Shown here: one piece after another, positions 43,340 to 56,065 of the stretch
How positions within the stretch are numbered: the stretch's first letter is position 1
Layout of the letters: every line of letters starts with the position of its first letter
Origin: Pachysolen tannophilus NRRL Y-2460
Taxonomy: Eukaryota
NCBI GenBank assembly: GCA_001661245.1
Contig: KV454011.1
Location: forward strand, 1,266,724-1,330,723
Length of the DNA stretch: 64,000 bases
Direction: 5' to 3'
Program-made: the position numbers and the translations under genes
The notes under the pieces: model-generated
The model's database searches: none
The model's input: the letters and a program-made list of their open reading frames with translations, nothing else
What the model was told of the DNA's origin: nothing

Positions 43340-46300
43340 AAATTCAATGACAAAATAAACTGACTTTAAATTAAAATTATATCTTAAAATAGTTTTTTTC
43401 CTTTATTTTTTTTTTCCATTGATATAATTTATGAATACCAGCTGTACCTAATTTTCACGCACGGAATAATTTTATATTTACATTTTGGTTTAGCTGTGTG
43501 CAGTTGATTTGAATTTGTAAAATTTCTACGTGAATAGCTCCGCAGCTATATAATATAAATTTACAAGGTATGTACTCTCAGTTGATATTATGTTCTTTTA
43601 AGTTCGGAGTATATATAATATATATATATAATATTTGGTTTCAATTTAGTTTTCGTAAACTATGTGAACCACATCTTTATTCAGGAAGTTGAATTTTTGA
43701 TATTTCAGAAAAAAAGATTCAGTATCATTCACGCGAACAGAAATTCCAAGTTAGTTTTGAGAAGACCTCTTCTACCTGTTCTCATTTTCTCTTTTAGCAC
43801 AAAAAATTGCATCTCAACTCCATTTTAACCTTAATCACGATCTTACCGGGGACAATTTCTTGTTTCATTCTAAAAGGAAAAGTGAGACAAAACTTGAGTA
43901 CTACCTGTTTAGTAATTACTTCAAAGCAATAAATCACATAAAGATAATGATTTATTTTTATGAACTTCGAAACACAAAATCAATACACCAACTTGAATAG
44001 GAATTATTCGACTAGCTCAATATAATCCTCTCCTATTATTGAGGTTAGGTTAGCCAACAAACTCTTATGCGTATTCAGAAGATTTACAAAAAAAAAACCA
44101 AAACCAAAAACCATCGCTTCTAACCTTTGCTTCTACTTTTTTTAGTCTTTTTTCTTTTTTCTTTTTTAAAATACAAATCAGACATCAGCTTGTAAAACTT
44201 TAACTCAGTCAGAGATGTAACATTGTTGCAGATACCTCCTGTGATAACTTTTCAATTTTCAACCGATACTAGCTCTTTCCTATATATTTATATAGATCAC
44301 GAAAGCTTTTTTAGATTAATGTAATGCTATCTACATCAATTACGCTTGACAGTTTATCATTTCTAAAGCTAGGTTCAAATAACAATAAGATCCTCTTACT
44401 ATTCTTTATGTCTACTCGCCAAGAAAAAAACCTAATGATGTACTGGTAATTTAAATCTTTATATCATTATCGATAAAATTGATAATCATTCTCCTACTCA
44501 AATGAGAGTAGCAACTTAGATATAAGATATCCTCCAGTCTTAATTTACTACATCTTACAAAAGAAAGACATGCTAAACAGGTGAAGCTGAAACCTAAGCT
44601 CATAACCATTATTAAAATTCGGATAAATCATCAATCATAAATGAATTCCTAAACACGAGATTCAACTTTCAAATTAAATCTACTAATAGTTTTTATTCTG
44701 GAGCAAGATTTCTTTCTTTCTATAACTTGTTTGAATCTAAAAGAATCTACCATAATTGTATATAAATGATCATATTAATAATGCACTAGAAGGAGTTTTA
44801 GAAAATCAACTTTCGTATATATCAAAGATTACTTTTCAGTCATCAAAAAACGAAAATCGCTGTGTACTATTAACGGATTTAGTTTCTAAATAGTTTCTGA
44901 TGGTTACTAAATAAACCTTGAAGGCCCTCTTGGAGCAATTAATAAATTTTGAAATATTTGATGTTTTTCTCATACACGTTAATATACAGCAAGAAAGATT
45001 TTCTAAAATTAATTAAATATTGTATTCATGTCCTTTCATCTGATTTTAGTGGTTGTAATGAATATATTATTACTGTTTTCTTTTTATGATCTTCAACCTT
45101 GATTACAATAAATTTTCTTATCGAATTAACTTTAGCGTAAATTATCATAAATATCAAATAATGCTAATATGGAAATGTTACTTGACTCAAAAAATCTTAA
45201 AGCTTCAATCACAATTGAATTTACTTCTCTTTGCAGACTGCGTCTAGGTAGTTTTTAGTATTAATCTACTTTACTATGCACATATAAATCTACCTAACAT
45301 ATTTTATAGGATTTTTTTACCAAAGAGCTTTGATAAGTTCAAAAATATAGATGAGAAAGTGAAAACTTTCTCAAAGTGCTAAGATACGAAGAATGAGGTA
45401 CTACGCTAGCAACTTTAGATCAGAACTTTTATTTTAAAATTAACAAAAAGAAAGGTAACAAATTTTAACGGTTCTGAAATTTCATAAAGTGCAACAGCTT
45501 TTATAGAAGTAGAAACTTTGGCAATTGCCAAATCAAACTTCATCTTAAGAAAGTACTTTCTAGTCTTTAAGAAGTAAAAATCTTGCGAAAATTAAAGAGC
45601 GACTATTGTGACCTTTACAAAAGAGACTGCCATACTTGTAGAAAAAGTATTCATAGTCGATCTATTTAAAGTTTTCTTTGATTCATCAAGTAAGCAAAAG
45701 TAAATGGAAATTTCATCGGAAATAATGAATTTTGAAAGACTGAACTACTAAAAGTTAGAAGAGTGAGCGATACTACGATATTTTAATTGAACAGTAAAGA
45801 GCAGGCTACCTGTTATTGAATGTTAAAAGTTGAAAGCTTTAAATTAAATGGTAAGTGTCATAGTAATGCATAATTAGGGGTTGGCTCAGATATCCGGTAT
45901 CAAATTTGATTAGCTATTACTGGCATCTTTAGAACTATGGCTTTTGTAACCCTAGCACCGCCAGAATGAGATAATTTCCCTTTATTTAAGTGCCTACAAA
46001 GTAAAGATTCAACTCCGCCCTTTGTACGACACATCAGAGAACTTTCTAGTCTACTCAAGAATGGCGTGGAGCGAATTTAAATTCTACTTCTATTTAGCAG
46101 TCGGTTGGTTATTCGAAAAGTTTTCACCGGTGGCATCCCTTAAATCTACACTCTGTCGCTATTATTTTTGTCAACGATCTTGTTGATTAAACTTTCAGCT
46201 GCTTCGATCACAACATGTATGTTTCTTATACAAATTTATAAAAGATCTTATAATTTCGTGCTCCATGTGAAGTCAATGTAACGGCAAGATCCGTTCCTCG

Positions 46301-49300
46301 TTGGAAGTGTTGAATTTATTATCCCATTAAAAGGTTGGGAGCCCTGTTACTCATTATGTAAAAGAATTAGATGAAAGTGAGTGGTGATACAGACCTTTGA
46401 GATTTACAATTCCACCGGAAAGCCAAAACATATTTTTGTATAAGATTGATTGGTCCAAGTTTTCTTCGAAGCAGAACGAATAGAGTACTATTCTTTCAAG
46501 ACTTCTATACTTCTTGAAGATTTTAAATTAGTTTAGTCGTCTGAGCTATCTTTGCAATTGTTTTCTTTTTATCAACCCCTGTGACTACTGAACCTTGCGG
46601 TGATGGCTATAAATTTAATTTTTAATTAAATCAAACGCTTCGGTGAATATTTTGAATTGTATTCTTGCTGTAAATCCAACAAACCGTTGCAGTATCTTGC
46701 CATTTTAAAATTTAAATAGTTCTGCCCAATTAATAAATAGTCTTCATTTCAATAAAAACTATTAGTAGCACCCCACACAAAAAATTAGTTAATTCCCATT
46801 TTAATTATGGGTAAAGTCTGCAAGATGGAAGATTTTGAACTGCACAGAGTCAAGTTCGTATTTACCATACGATTCGGGAACAAAAAACTATCTTAAGACC
46901 AAAACTTCTGATTTCATACAATTTGGGAGATCACTCATTTCTGATCAAGTACCTAACCCTTCAACAATGTGAAAAATGAGCGGTTGTTTTTTGTAGAGAA
47001 TTTCACACATAATGAAAATGAAATGAAACGATCAGTAAACTAGTTAATAGTGGATAAAGCAGCAAAGTCAGCCAGGCACATTCGATACATGTAGCCATCA
47101 AATATTTCCAGTAGTGTCTCAATATAGTGTATTCTTTTTGGCGTGTCATCAGAGGCAATCTTTAATTATGAAATAACGGGGACATTAAGTAAATCAGCAT
47201 GAATTGTGAAACACATGTTTGGCCAATCGATAGGAGGTACTAAATCCCATTTCTGATGATTCCGAATGACCACATTTTGAATTACATACTTCAATTGCAG
47301 CAATTAGGGCCAAGTCCAAGTTAAAGGAATCTTTAGAAAAATTGAAAAATCAGGTGAATTAAATGATTTCTTAATAAGATAAGAAAGATAAAACTTTCTA
47401 TTATAATTACAAAACGCAAGTTTTATTTATCTACAGGAAACAATGCTTCTATTCTATCAATAGTTCTTTTTTTATAACCTCTGAGTGAGGAGAACCAAAA
47501 AGAAGATAAACAGTTAAACGAGGAGTAACACTTCGCAGTTTTTAGTAAACTAAAGTTATTTTTCTTCTGGTAACAATTTCCAGTACCTTATTATTGTCAG
47601 ACACGAGTCGAGATGTAAATTTGAACTTTATTAATTCCTGGAAATCCCTGAGGAAGCTTTCTGTTTCGATATTCTAGTAATCTCTCGATGGGGTAAAGCT
47701 ATTTGATTATCATATTGATCCAGCGGGTTGCATACTTCTTTTTCCATTTTTATTTAATATGCAAAGAAAGATGATTAAAGATTTCAAAGGTTATGAGTAA
47801 ATACTTCTTCTGTCTTACCACCATTAAATGAAAAACTTTCTGCCCTACGGCTTTTGGTGAGAAGTTTTTGCTTTCAGTATTTCTCATTTGAACACAAAAA
47901 TGTTTTTGTAGGAAATGCAGTATACTCTTTGACAAAAGTATTTTTCAGGTTGTGTCTCTTATTTATATCTAAATAACGAGTTATGGACAGTTCAATGATT
48001 ATAAGGTTTCTTTAAAAATCAGACATGTTAACTCAACTGCTATTTCCTTTTTGTCTTTTCTTTTTGAAATTTTTTTTTTTCATCATGGACGAACTCTTTA
48101 TTCAACATAAAATGTACATACTTTTTTGTAAGAATCTTGGGAAATGTAGTTTTTAATGGAAATTTGATTGTATCCGAAATAAAGCTATAGGAAGAGAAAG
48201 AAAAAGCTTCCAACTATGTAAAGTGTGACGGCAGTCGGAGAAATTTAATAGTATGGAAATAAGTAATCTCAAAAAGGAGATGAAGTCTCCTTGATGACAG
48301 TGGATGCAACAACGCTATTTGATTTTGAATATTAGTATTGTTTTGAGATTTAGAAGAAATTTAATTTGAGTCGCAATGGCAGTTTTAATATGGGTTCTTG
48401 GAAAAGTTCGTAAATCGTATGTGGATAAAATATATTTCAGAGTTTTCCCTCTTCTTGACTCACATCTTTTCTTTGATGAAATCAAGTGTTTGACTAAGAC
48501 TGCCTTGTTTCCCATAAGGTCAAAAGTGAATGATAGATCTTTAATGAAAGTTTAGAGGAATCTCATAATCTATGAGAATTATCTTTGAATTGAGGCACTG
48601 CAAACTTTTGTAATACAAAGTGAGTAATAAGATTTAAAGAGTTTCTCCACTCAGTAATCTTTCACTCAACCACACATTTTCGTTGGACCTACATAGTTAC
48701 AGGATTAGCTGAATATATTCAAAGGCTTGAAACGTAATCTATCTAAAGCTTTCGTTTAGCAGGAAAAAGTCACGGTATATGAGCTCCTAACCTCTTTCGA
48801 ACCATACTTTAGTTTACTGTACTGATTAGCTTCGACAGATTTACATATTTGTTTCCATTAACGTATAACCTATCTGTTTCTGCTACCTTGTCGATATTGC
48901 CGGTCAACTTCTTTTAGTGTAAGTGATAGTATAGTTTATGTAATTTTCGCTTAACGCTCTATAGTAGGTTGGAACTTTCATTGTATTGTGTCATGTAGAA
49001 GATTTTTAAACGGTACTCCCTAAAAAAAAAAAAATTAGATTGTTAAGAAACGATTTGGTTTTCTGTTTTCAAAAAACGTAAATTTTTCCTGTAGTAATTG
49101 ATTGTTTTTTATGTATTTAAAGACTTTTGCGAGTACAAACCTTTCTGATTGTGAAGTATTAAATGCAAATGAAAAAATATAGGGAATATTCTCTAGATTA
49201 AATGAAATTAGTTATAATGAAGTTTTATAAAGTCAATGGTATTATTATTTTAAAATATTTGTAACTATATATTAGAGATAGCTAGAAAGAGTCTTATGAA

Positions 49301-50470
49301 GGAAACTTGAAAAAGGAGTATGTATGTCTGTAATACCTTTTGGAACTGAGCCTAAAAGGGCACCTGAATTATTGGTTCTGGGGTATTTTCCAATTTTATT
49401 GTATTTTGGGAAGGAAATAAATCTATCGGCAAAGGGCTATAGGGTGAATTTTTTATTTGAATTCTAGTTTGAGAGCTTGAACAACTTTCTGATCTAAGTT
49501 AATAGCGTTAATTAGTTATGAGATTTCAGCAGACTTGTTTAGCGAGGTAATTCTGTTCTTGCCGTCAAATGTCTAATTGGAAAAATAAATTTGAGCTACT
49601 GCTGACATAATGAGAAACACGCACATGAAAAAGTAAATTGTCAGGTTTATACGTAGTTACAAAGTACCTATTAAATACAAAGTGGTAAAATTAAAAATAT
49701 TTTTCACATAAAAGAGTCAAAAAGATATGCGACTAAGTATGAAGTTGTAGTTTGTATCTACTAATTTCATTTTTGATAAGTTGTTTTTCAGTTTTGTAAA
49801 CTGAAATTGAATGTTAGATAAGAAACTGAATTCCAGTTTTGCTTAAGATTTGAATACAGAAGTAATATATTATTTATTTATATGATAGTTTAGTGCTGAT
49901 GGTTTTACATTTTTATTATTCCCAATTAATATCAATGAAGAGGCATCAAAAGTTTTTATTTTACTTTTGTTCTTTTGTATTGAAGTAATTCATAAGAATA
50001 TTGTATGAAATGCAAACTTTGACTCTTCCCTGTAGAGAATTAATTATTGAAATAGATAAGGTTTCCTTATTATTTGCATTTTTTATACATAAAACTAAAG
50101 AATGACGCTGTTTACTTAAAACAAACGTAAAATTTTTTTTTTGTTATATCGTTATATTTTGTTGTCTTAATCAATGCAAGATCAATCAGTTATCGGTATA
50201 ATTAAATGGAATCTTTTCTGTACTATGCTTTCCTTCTCCATGCTGCATAATTAAATCTTTACATAATATACGTACGCATCCTATTTAGGTAAATTTTTAG
50301 CTTGGTAGTTAGCAAAACACCAATTACCCTACCTAAGGCGAGATGCAACAATATTTATTATAATATTTATGTAGACTAAAAATTTAGTATAATTTGAAGT
50401 CTTGAAAAAAACAGTTTTTAAAAAATATTTTATTTATGTTCACATTAGTTATTTTGGTGTCATTACTGAC
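43340..50470. repeat. Long degenerate inverted repeat (axis ~47450) filling a 7.9-kb gene desert; candidate regional centromere
   Basis: Colinear reverse-complement anchors found by eye: 43346/50464, 44572/49543, 45585/48950, 45832/48753, 46188/48554, 47157/47783, 47223/47692. No credible ORFs; flanked by orthologues of centromere-adjacent genes. Confidence 0.75.
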
Positions 50471-50745
50471 TTTCAGTAGATAAACAAGAGTAGTGTGGAT
50501 ATTAAATGAAAACTGATTAATTTTTCCGTTCGTTTCACATGTGTAGTTTTCTTTTTTTTTCTTTTTAATTTTTTTTTATTTTTTTTTATTTACCTTATTT
50601 TTTTTTAGTCTGAAAAAAGCAAGAAAACTAAAAATTAATTAATATTATATATAAAAGTTATATAAGTTTAAGATTCTTTATGACCTTGTATTATTTTAAA
50701 TTAGAAAAAACTGGTAAATACCAACCAATTATGACTTTGTGAGAA

Positions 50746-52071
50746 ATGAAATTTGCTAAGCTTTTCGAGCAAGTTTTGCAAGAGGAAGGAATACCACCGG
50801 AGTGGGTGCACACAGCTATTCAATACAAGTCTTTAAAAAAATGCATTAATAGGATTGTTGATGAATTGGATGAAATAGGATTGAAGAAGAAAACGTTATC
50901 ATTTTTGTTGGAGGATGGAATAGAAACAGATGATGAGTTTGTGAAAGCTGATTATATTTTTGAGAAACATACTCATTCGGTGAAGCCAAAATTAATAATC
51001 ACGTTAAGACATAATCTGGAAGATAATAATGGTGAATTATGCAAAGATAAAATGACACAAGAAATAAAAGCTACTTTACAAAATATTATGGACAATGAAT
51101 TAGGATTAAAAAATGTTGGTAAAGTGGAAAAGTATATTCCGAAGATTGTTGAAGTGGATAATGATGATAATCAAGAAGTACAAATTGTAATACATTTATA
51201 TCAAGATTCAATTTTTTTCCAAATGCTATACCAGGAATTAGCAGCATTAGATGATTTGAAGAATTCACAAGAGAGTAAAATGATTCAAGAGGTACAAGAT
51301 ATTGGGTCAATAATTGGTAGTATAACTTCTCCAACTCTTAAAAAGACCGATTTACTCGTGTGGAGAGAAATTTTTAAAATGTACATAGATTCAGAAATTT
51401 TTTTCAGTACATCAGAGTTTAGTCCAGGAGAAAGATCGGTGGCACAATCTGAAGAAAGATTAGAACTTTTTTTCAGGAGAATTAAAGAAAAAAATATGTT
51501 AAAGGAATTTCACCATAAAGTGAGTGTAGAATGTTTCAACAATTTTTATAAGGTCAATATTCATTTGCTAAAAGCTTTACAATTTCAAACTTTTAATAAG
51601 ATGGCTATATTTAAAATTTTGAAAAAGTTTGATAAACAAACTTCATTAAAAGGACTGTCTGGATTCCCAAAATTAATTGAACATGATCCATTTATAAAAG
51701 AATCTTTTGCTCACACAATGTGTGCCGTCATTTCATCTAGATTACTAAATATAATACCTCAATTAGACGATTATACATGCCCCATTTGTTGCTCAGTTAC
51801 GTTCAAGCCTATAAGGTTGGATTGTGGTCATGTGTTTTGTGTGAGATGTCTTGTTAAAATGCAACGGAAAAGACAAGATAATTGTCCATTATGTAGAGAA
51901 AAAGTTGTTATGAGAGCAGATGAACATAATCTAGATCTTGCAAGATTAGAATATTTAAAATTATATTTCCCCAAGGAAACAAAAGCAAAACAATTAGAAA
52001 CGGAAAAAGAAATTGCCAAAGAACAATTTGAAGCCATTTACGGAGATCAACAGCGTTGTATCATTCAATGA
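50746..52071 (+). CDS. SPX-RING E3 ubiquitin ligase (Pqr1/NLA-like)
   Basis: MKFAK...EW...AIQYKSLKKCI (SPX N-terminus), N..AI.KILKKFDKQT, RING CPIC...KPIRL.CGH.FC..C......CPLCR. Confidence 0.9.
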   Translation: MKFAKLFEQVLQEEGIPPEWVHTAIQYKSLKKCINRIVDELDEIGLKKKTLSFLLEDGIETDDEFVKADYIFEKHTHSVKPKLIITLRHNLEDNNGELCKDKMTQEIKATLQNIMDNELGLKNVGKVEKYIPKIVEVDNDDNQEVQIVIHLYQDSIFFQMLYQELAALDDLKNSQESKMIQEVQDIGSIIGSITSPTLKKTDLLVWREIFKMYIDSEIFFSTSEFSPGERSVAQSEERLELFFRRIKEKNMLKEFHHKVSVECFNNFYKVNIHLLKALQFQTFNKMAIFKILKKFDKQTSLKGLSGFPKLIEHDPFIKESFAHTMCAVISSRLLNIIPQLDDYTCPICCSVTFKPIRLDCGHVFCVRCLVKMQRKRQDNCPLCREKVVMRADEHNLDLARLEYLKLYFPKETKAKQLETEKEIAKEQFEAIYGDQQRCIIQ

Positions 52072-52237
52072 TTGCTACAATTTACGCCATTATATTAATA
52101 AAAATAACTAAACTAATAAATATCCCACAGCCCTTAAATTCTTAATAAGTTTCCATCTCACTTACTTACTTGAGGTAATGTAGCATAAGCATATATCTAA
52201 ACAATATCTATCTATCTATTTATCTCTAAAAATATAT

Positions 52238-53814
52238 ATGGATTCATCGAAAGAAATGCTGTATGGCGATAATAAAGTCAACAAGCTAGACAAGTATGAT
52301 AGACAGTTAAGACTTTGGGCATTGAATGGCCAATCAAGTTTGGAAAATGCACATATTTGTTTAATCAATGTTACAACTACAAATATTGAGTTATTGAAGA
52401 ACTTGATACTACCTGGTTGTAGCAATTTCACTATAATAGATGATAAGTTATTAGAAAAAGATCTTTCAACAAATTTTTTTTGGTCTGAGGCTGAAAGTAA
52501 TATATCAATTGTTGAAAATTTAAAAGACTTGAATCCAGATGCCAATGTTAATTTATTGGAAGAATCAATTCAAAACATATTGAATAAAAATGACATTGAA
52601 TTTTGGGAGCAATTTTCTGTAGTAATAACAGATGATTCATTGATATTTAATGATTACGAACAGAAAATAGTGGATATACTATGGCACAAGAATATACCAT
52701 TTATTAAAAATTTGAGTTATGGATTTTATGGATTTACAAAAATAGTTTTGAGGGAGCATCCAATCATAGAAACTCATCCTCAATCTTTGACTGACTTGCG
52801 AATTGATTGTCCATGGAAAGAATTGAAAGAATATATTGATTCTATAAACTTGGATGAAGCAGATTCTACTGAGCATGCCCATATACCTTACGTAATAATA
52901 TTGATCAAAAGTCTAGAAATTTGGAAATCAGAACATGATGACAAACCACCAGTGGATTACAAAGAAAAACAACAGTTCAAGAAATTAATAGAATCATTCT
53001 CAAAATATCCAAATGAACCAAATTTTGCAGAGGCTGTCCAATTTTCATGGAGAGCGTCACAATCAACTAATTTGCCAGAATCTATCAATGAACTTTTAAA
53101 CGATGTAAATGATGTTAATTTGACTACACCTTTGTTTTGGATATATGTCAAAGCTTTAAAAAAATTTTTAAAAAAAACAATGGGTATTTACCTTTATCTG
53201 GTGTATTACCAGACATGATTTCAGATACAGTTAACTACGTTAGCTTGCAAAATATTTATAGAAAAAAATTTGAAGCTGATAAGCGTATGTTTATAGACGA
53301 AGTTGAAAAGTTATTGATTTCAATTGGTAGATCCTTGGATGAAGTTGATAATGAATTAGCTGCAGCATTTTGTAAAAATTCAAGATTTATTTTAATTCAA
53401 AAAGGAACAAAATGCAAATTAAAATTGGATGATAATATAATACAGCAAATTAATAGTAAGTCTTATGATAATTATAATATTTATTTGGGATTTCTAGCCG
53501 TTGCCAATTTGAAAAAACATGATGTATGCTTAAGACCGTATTCCCCAGAAGAAAACTATACGAAATTATTCAAATCGTTAAAGGACATTTTTAAAAATAA
53601 CGGTGTGAATGAGGAAAATATAAGTGATACCTTATCCTCAGTTTTAAAAGAATTTTCCCGCTCGGGAGGTATCGAATTACATAATATTGCTTCTTTCATG
53701 GGTGGAATCGGTAGTCAAGAGGTTCTCAAACTTGTTACTGGTCAGTATATTCCACTAGATAATACTTTTGTATTTGATGGTATTAGAAGTACTTCTGAAA
53801 ATTGGAAAATTTAG
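52238..53814 (+). CDS. ULA1: NEDD8/Rub1-activating enzyme regulatory subunit (APPBP1/NAE1); split by an apparent 1-nt frameshift at ~53170-53177
   Basis: ORF1: KYDRQLRLW...GQ..LE, E.LKNLILPG, DLR...PW.EL, HAHIPY, FWI...AL. ORF2: LPLSG.LPDM.SDT..Y..LQ.IY, ELHNIASFMGG..SQE..KL.T.QY.PLDNT..FDGI. The two join at TTTTTAAAAAAAAC. Confidence 0.9.
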
Positions 53815-53974
53815 GTTGTACTATCTATTTGATTTTTTAATTACAAAAATTTCTATATTACGCTAATGCTCACAATAATCAAGCTGAAATTTTTTTTAGC
53901 TTTTCCTTTGTTTTATTTTGTAATTAAATATTATCGAAAAAAGTCTCTTTGTTATACATAGGAATATAAATTGT

Positions 53975-55819
53975 TCATAAGTCATCAAAATTACCTTGTA
54001 TTGCATTATTTTTTTTACTTCTCTTGTTGGATTTTACAATATCTTTCCAATCAATCAGTGCTTCTTCATCACTACTGCTTTCGTTTTCATTTGAATTCAA
54101 TTCAATTTGTTTCTTGATAGCTTCTCTTTTCCTCTTGAGCTTTTCTTTTCTAGTAGCTTTGTTCTCTTTCTGATCAGTTTTATCACTCCACGATAAATTT
54201 TTCTTTTTTTGCAATTCTTTCAATTCCCGTAATTCCTTCTTATTATTTATTTCTTTTTTTGATTTCAACTCTTCCAACTCTTTTAATCTTGACTTCTCTT
54301 TTTGGTCATCAAGATATTTGAAATTATCCATATCAAAATTCTCACATAACCAGCCACCATGAGCTAATTTGTCAACATTTCTTATTTCTGGCATTCTGGG
54401 TAATCTTAACAATCCATACATCTTTGCAATCCCAACGTAGTCTAAACTTTGCAATCTGAAAATTGATTTTGCACTATGTTTTGAATAATATCTTACAAAA
54501 CTAACGTAAGCTCTCACAGCAAGATCATGTCTTGCTCTGTCTTGCAATATCCAGTCTCTCAATACTTCATCAAATTTCGTATCCTTGGAATTTTCATATC
54601 TATAGCTCAATTCATCGATTTCTACATTTTTCACCTTCATAAAATCAATATAGTCCTCTTCTCTTCCTTCGTTTAACATCACGATTGCTCTTCCAACATT
54701 ATCTGCTCTTCCAGTTCTTCCAGATCTGTGCAAAAAAACCTCAGGATCAGTTGGTGGCTCCATTTGAATAACCAATTCGACCTCTGGAATATCTAATCCT
54801 CTTGCTGCAACATCAGTAGTAAGTAAGATTGCCTTTTCAACACTGTTTGTGAAATTTTCTAAAGTTTTTAAACGTGGTTTTGTAGGTAACTTACCATGCA
54901 AAGAAAAGAACGCCAATCCACCTGGTGACATAATATCCAAAATATCTTCTTTCAATAAACTTTTTAACATGGCATAGAAATAAGTAACCGCGGTACATGT
55001 ACTGAAATATACAATTGCTTTTTTAAAATGATATTTTGATAATATATCTACCAATGCTTTGATTTTCATTTCTGGTTTTAAAATTAAATGACTAAGACCT
55101 AGCGATGTGGGCACTATACTTTTTGATTGTTGATTATTTCTTACTACTATCTTAACTGGGTTGGTCATACCTGTTTTAAAAATAACATTCCCAGCAGCAG
55201 AAATTGTAGCAGAGAAAAGGCCAGTTCTTCTCTGTCTTGGTAACTGTTTTGTAATATTTATAACATCTTTTTCAAATCCGATATCCAATAACTTATCGGC
55301 TTCATCCAATACTAATACTTCCAAGTTACTTGTTTTAACAGAATTTGACGATAAAAAATCCAATATTCTCCCTGGAGTTCCTACTATTATTTGTGGTTTA
55401 TTTTTCAAAAAATCAGATAAATCTTCTCTCACTGACGATAGGGATCCAACTAGCAACTGTGTTTTTATAGGTACCAAATCTTCAGGATAAAATTTTAATA
55501 GTTCTTGGAAAACATTGTTAATTTGATTAGCTAATTCTCTTGTTGGTGAAATAACCATACCTATCATATGCCCTTTCTTCAAAGATTCTTGCAATTTCAC
55601 AACTTTTTCCAAGACTGGAATAGCAAATGATAATGTTTTACCGCTTCCAGTAACTGCCTCTACAACAACATCTTTATTCATAGAAAACAAAGGTATAACT
55701 GCCGCTTGAACTGGCGTCAAATTTTTATAACCAATGGATTTCAATGCATCCACTATCCAAGTCTCCAATTTATAAGGAAGTTTGTCCCAAGAAAGTGAAC
55801 CTTTAGAAGCTTCTTCCAT
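53975..55819 (-). CDS. SPB4: DEAD-box rRNA helicase Spb4 (DDX55)
   Basis: TPVQA, KDVVVEAVTGSGKTL, PTRELA, LDEAD, QRRTGLFSAT, TDVAARGLDIP, HRSGRTGR, A.VSFVRYYSKH.A.SIFRL, LLRLPRMPE. Confidence 0.95.
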   Translation of the reverse strand: MEEASKGSLSWDKLPYKLETWIVDALKSIGYKNLTPVQAAVIPLFSMNKDVVVEAVTGSGKTLSFAIPVLEKVVKLQESLKKGHMIGMVISPTRELANQINNVFQELLKFYPEDLVPIKTQLLVGSLSSVREDLSDFLKNKPQIIVGTPGRILDFLSSNSVKTSNLEVLVLDEADKLLDIGFEKDVINITKQLPRQRRTGLFSATISAAGNVIFKTGMTNPVKIVVRNNQQSKSIVPTSLGLSHLILKPEMKIKALVDILSKYHFKKAIVYFSTCTAVTYFYAMLKSLLKEDILDIMSPGGLAFFSLHGKLPTKPRLKTLENFTNSVEKAILLTTDVAARGLDIPEVELVIQMEPPTDPEVFLHRSGRTGRADNVGRAIVMLNEGREEDYIDFMKVKNVEIDELSYRYENSKDTKFDEVLRDWILQDRARHDLAVRAYVSFVRYYSKHSAKSIFRLQSLDYVGIAKMYGLLRLPRMPEIRNVDKLAHGGWLCENFDMDNFKYLDDQKEKSRLKELEELKSKKEINNKKELRELKELQKKKNLSWSDKTDQKENKATRKEKLKRKREAIKKQIELNSNENESSSDEEALIDWKDIVKSNKRSKKNNAIQGNFDDL

Positions 55820-56065
55820 TATAGCTATATCGTTCTTAAGGTTGATCTTCTATAGATATAATAATAGTGTCTTTTTGTTAATACAAATAAAATTTATCAT
55901 CATCAACTTTCTGCAAAAAAAAAAAAATTTTTTATTTTTTTAATTTTTTTTTTTTTTTTTTTTTTTTGATGTTTCAAAAAATCTTCAAGAATATCATTTT
56001 GATAAAGTTAGAATTTTTTGAACAGATCGAAGACTGTGATCAAAGAGTGTGATATATATCCACAT

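Noticed and set aside
46308..46966. TGTTGAA at 46308 and TCAACA at 46961 as possible LTR termini
   Set aside because: No second LTR copy, target-site duplication, primer-binding site or coding remnant seen. A sensitive search with Ty5/Ty1 LTR profiles would be needed.
47750..48515. Two short minus-strand ORFs (61 and 66 aa) in the gene desert
   Set aside because: No recognisable motifs and lengths expected by chance; I found no gag/pol-like remnants.
42829..50745. Point-centromere elements (CDEI-CDEII-CDEIII)
   Set aside because: No RTCACRTG followed by a long AT tract and a CCGAA motif at the right spacing was found; TTCACATG near 50534 lacks a CDEIII.
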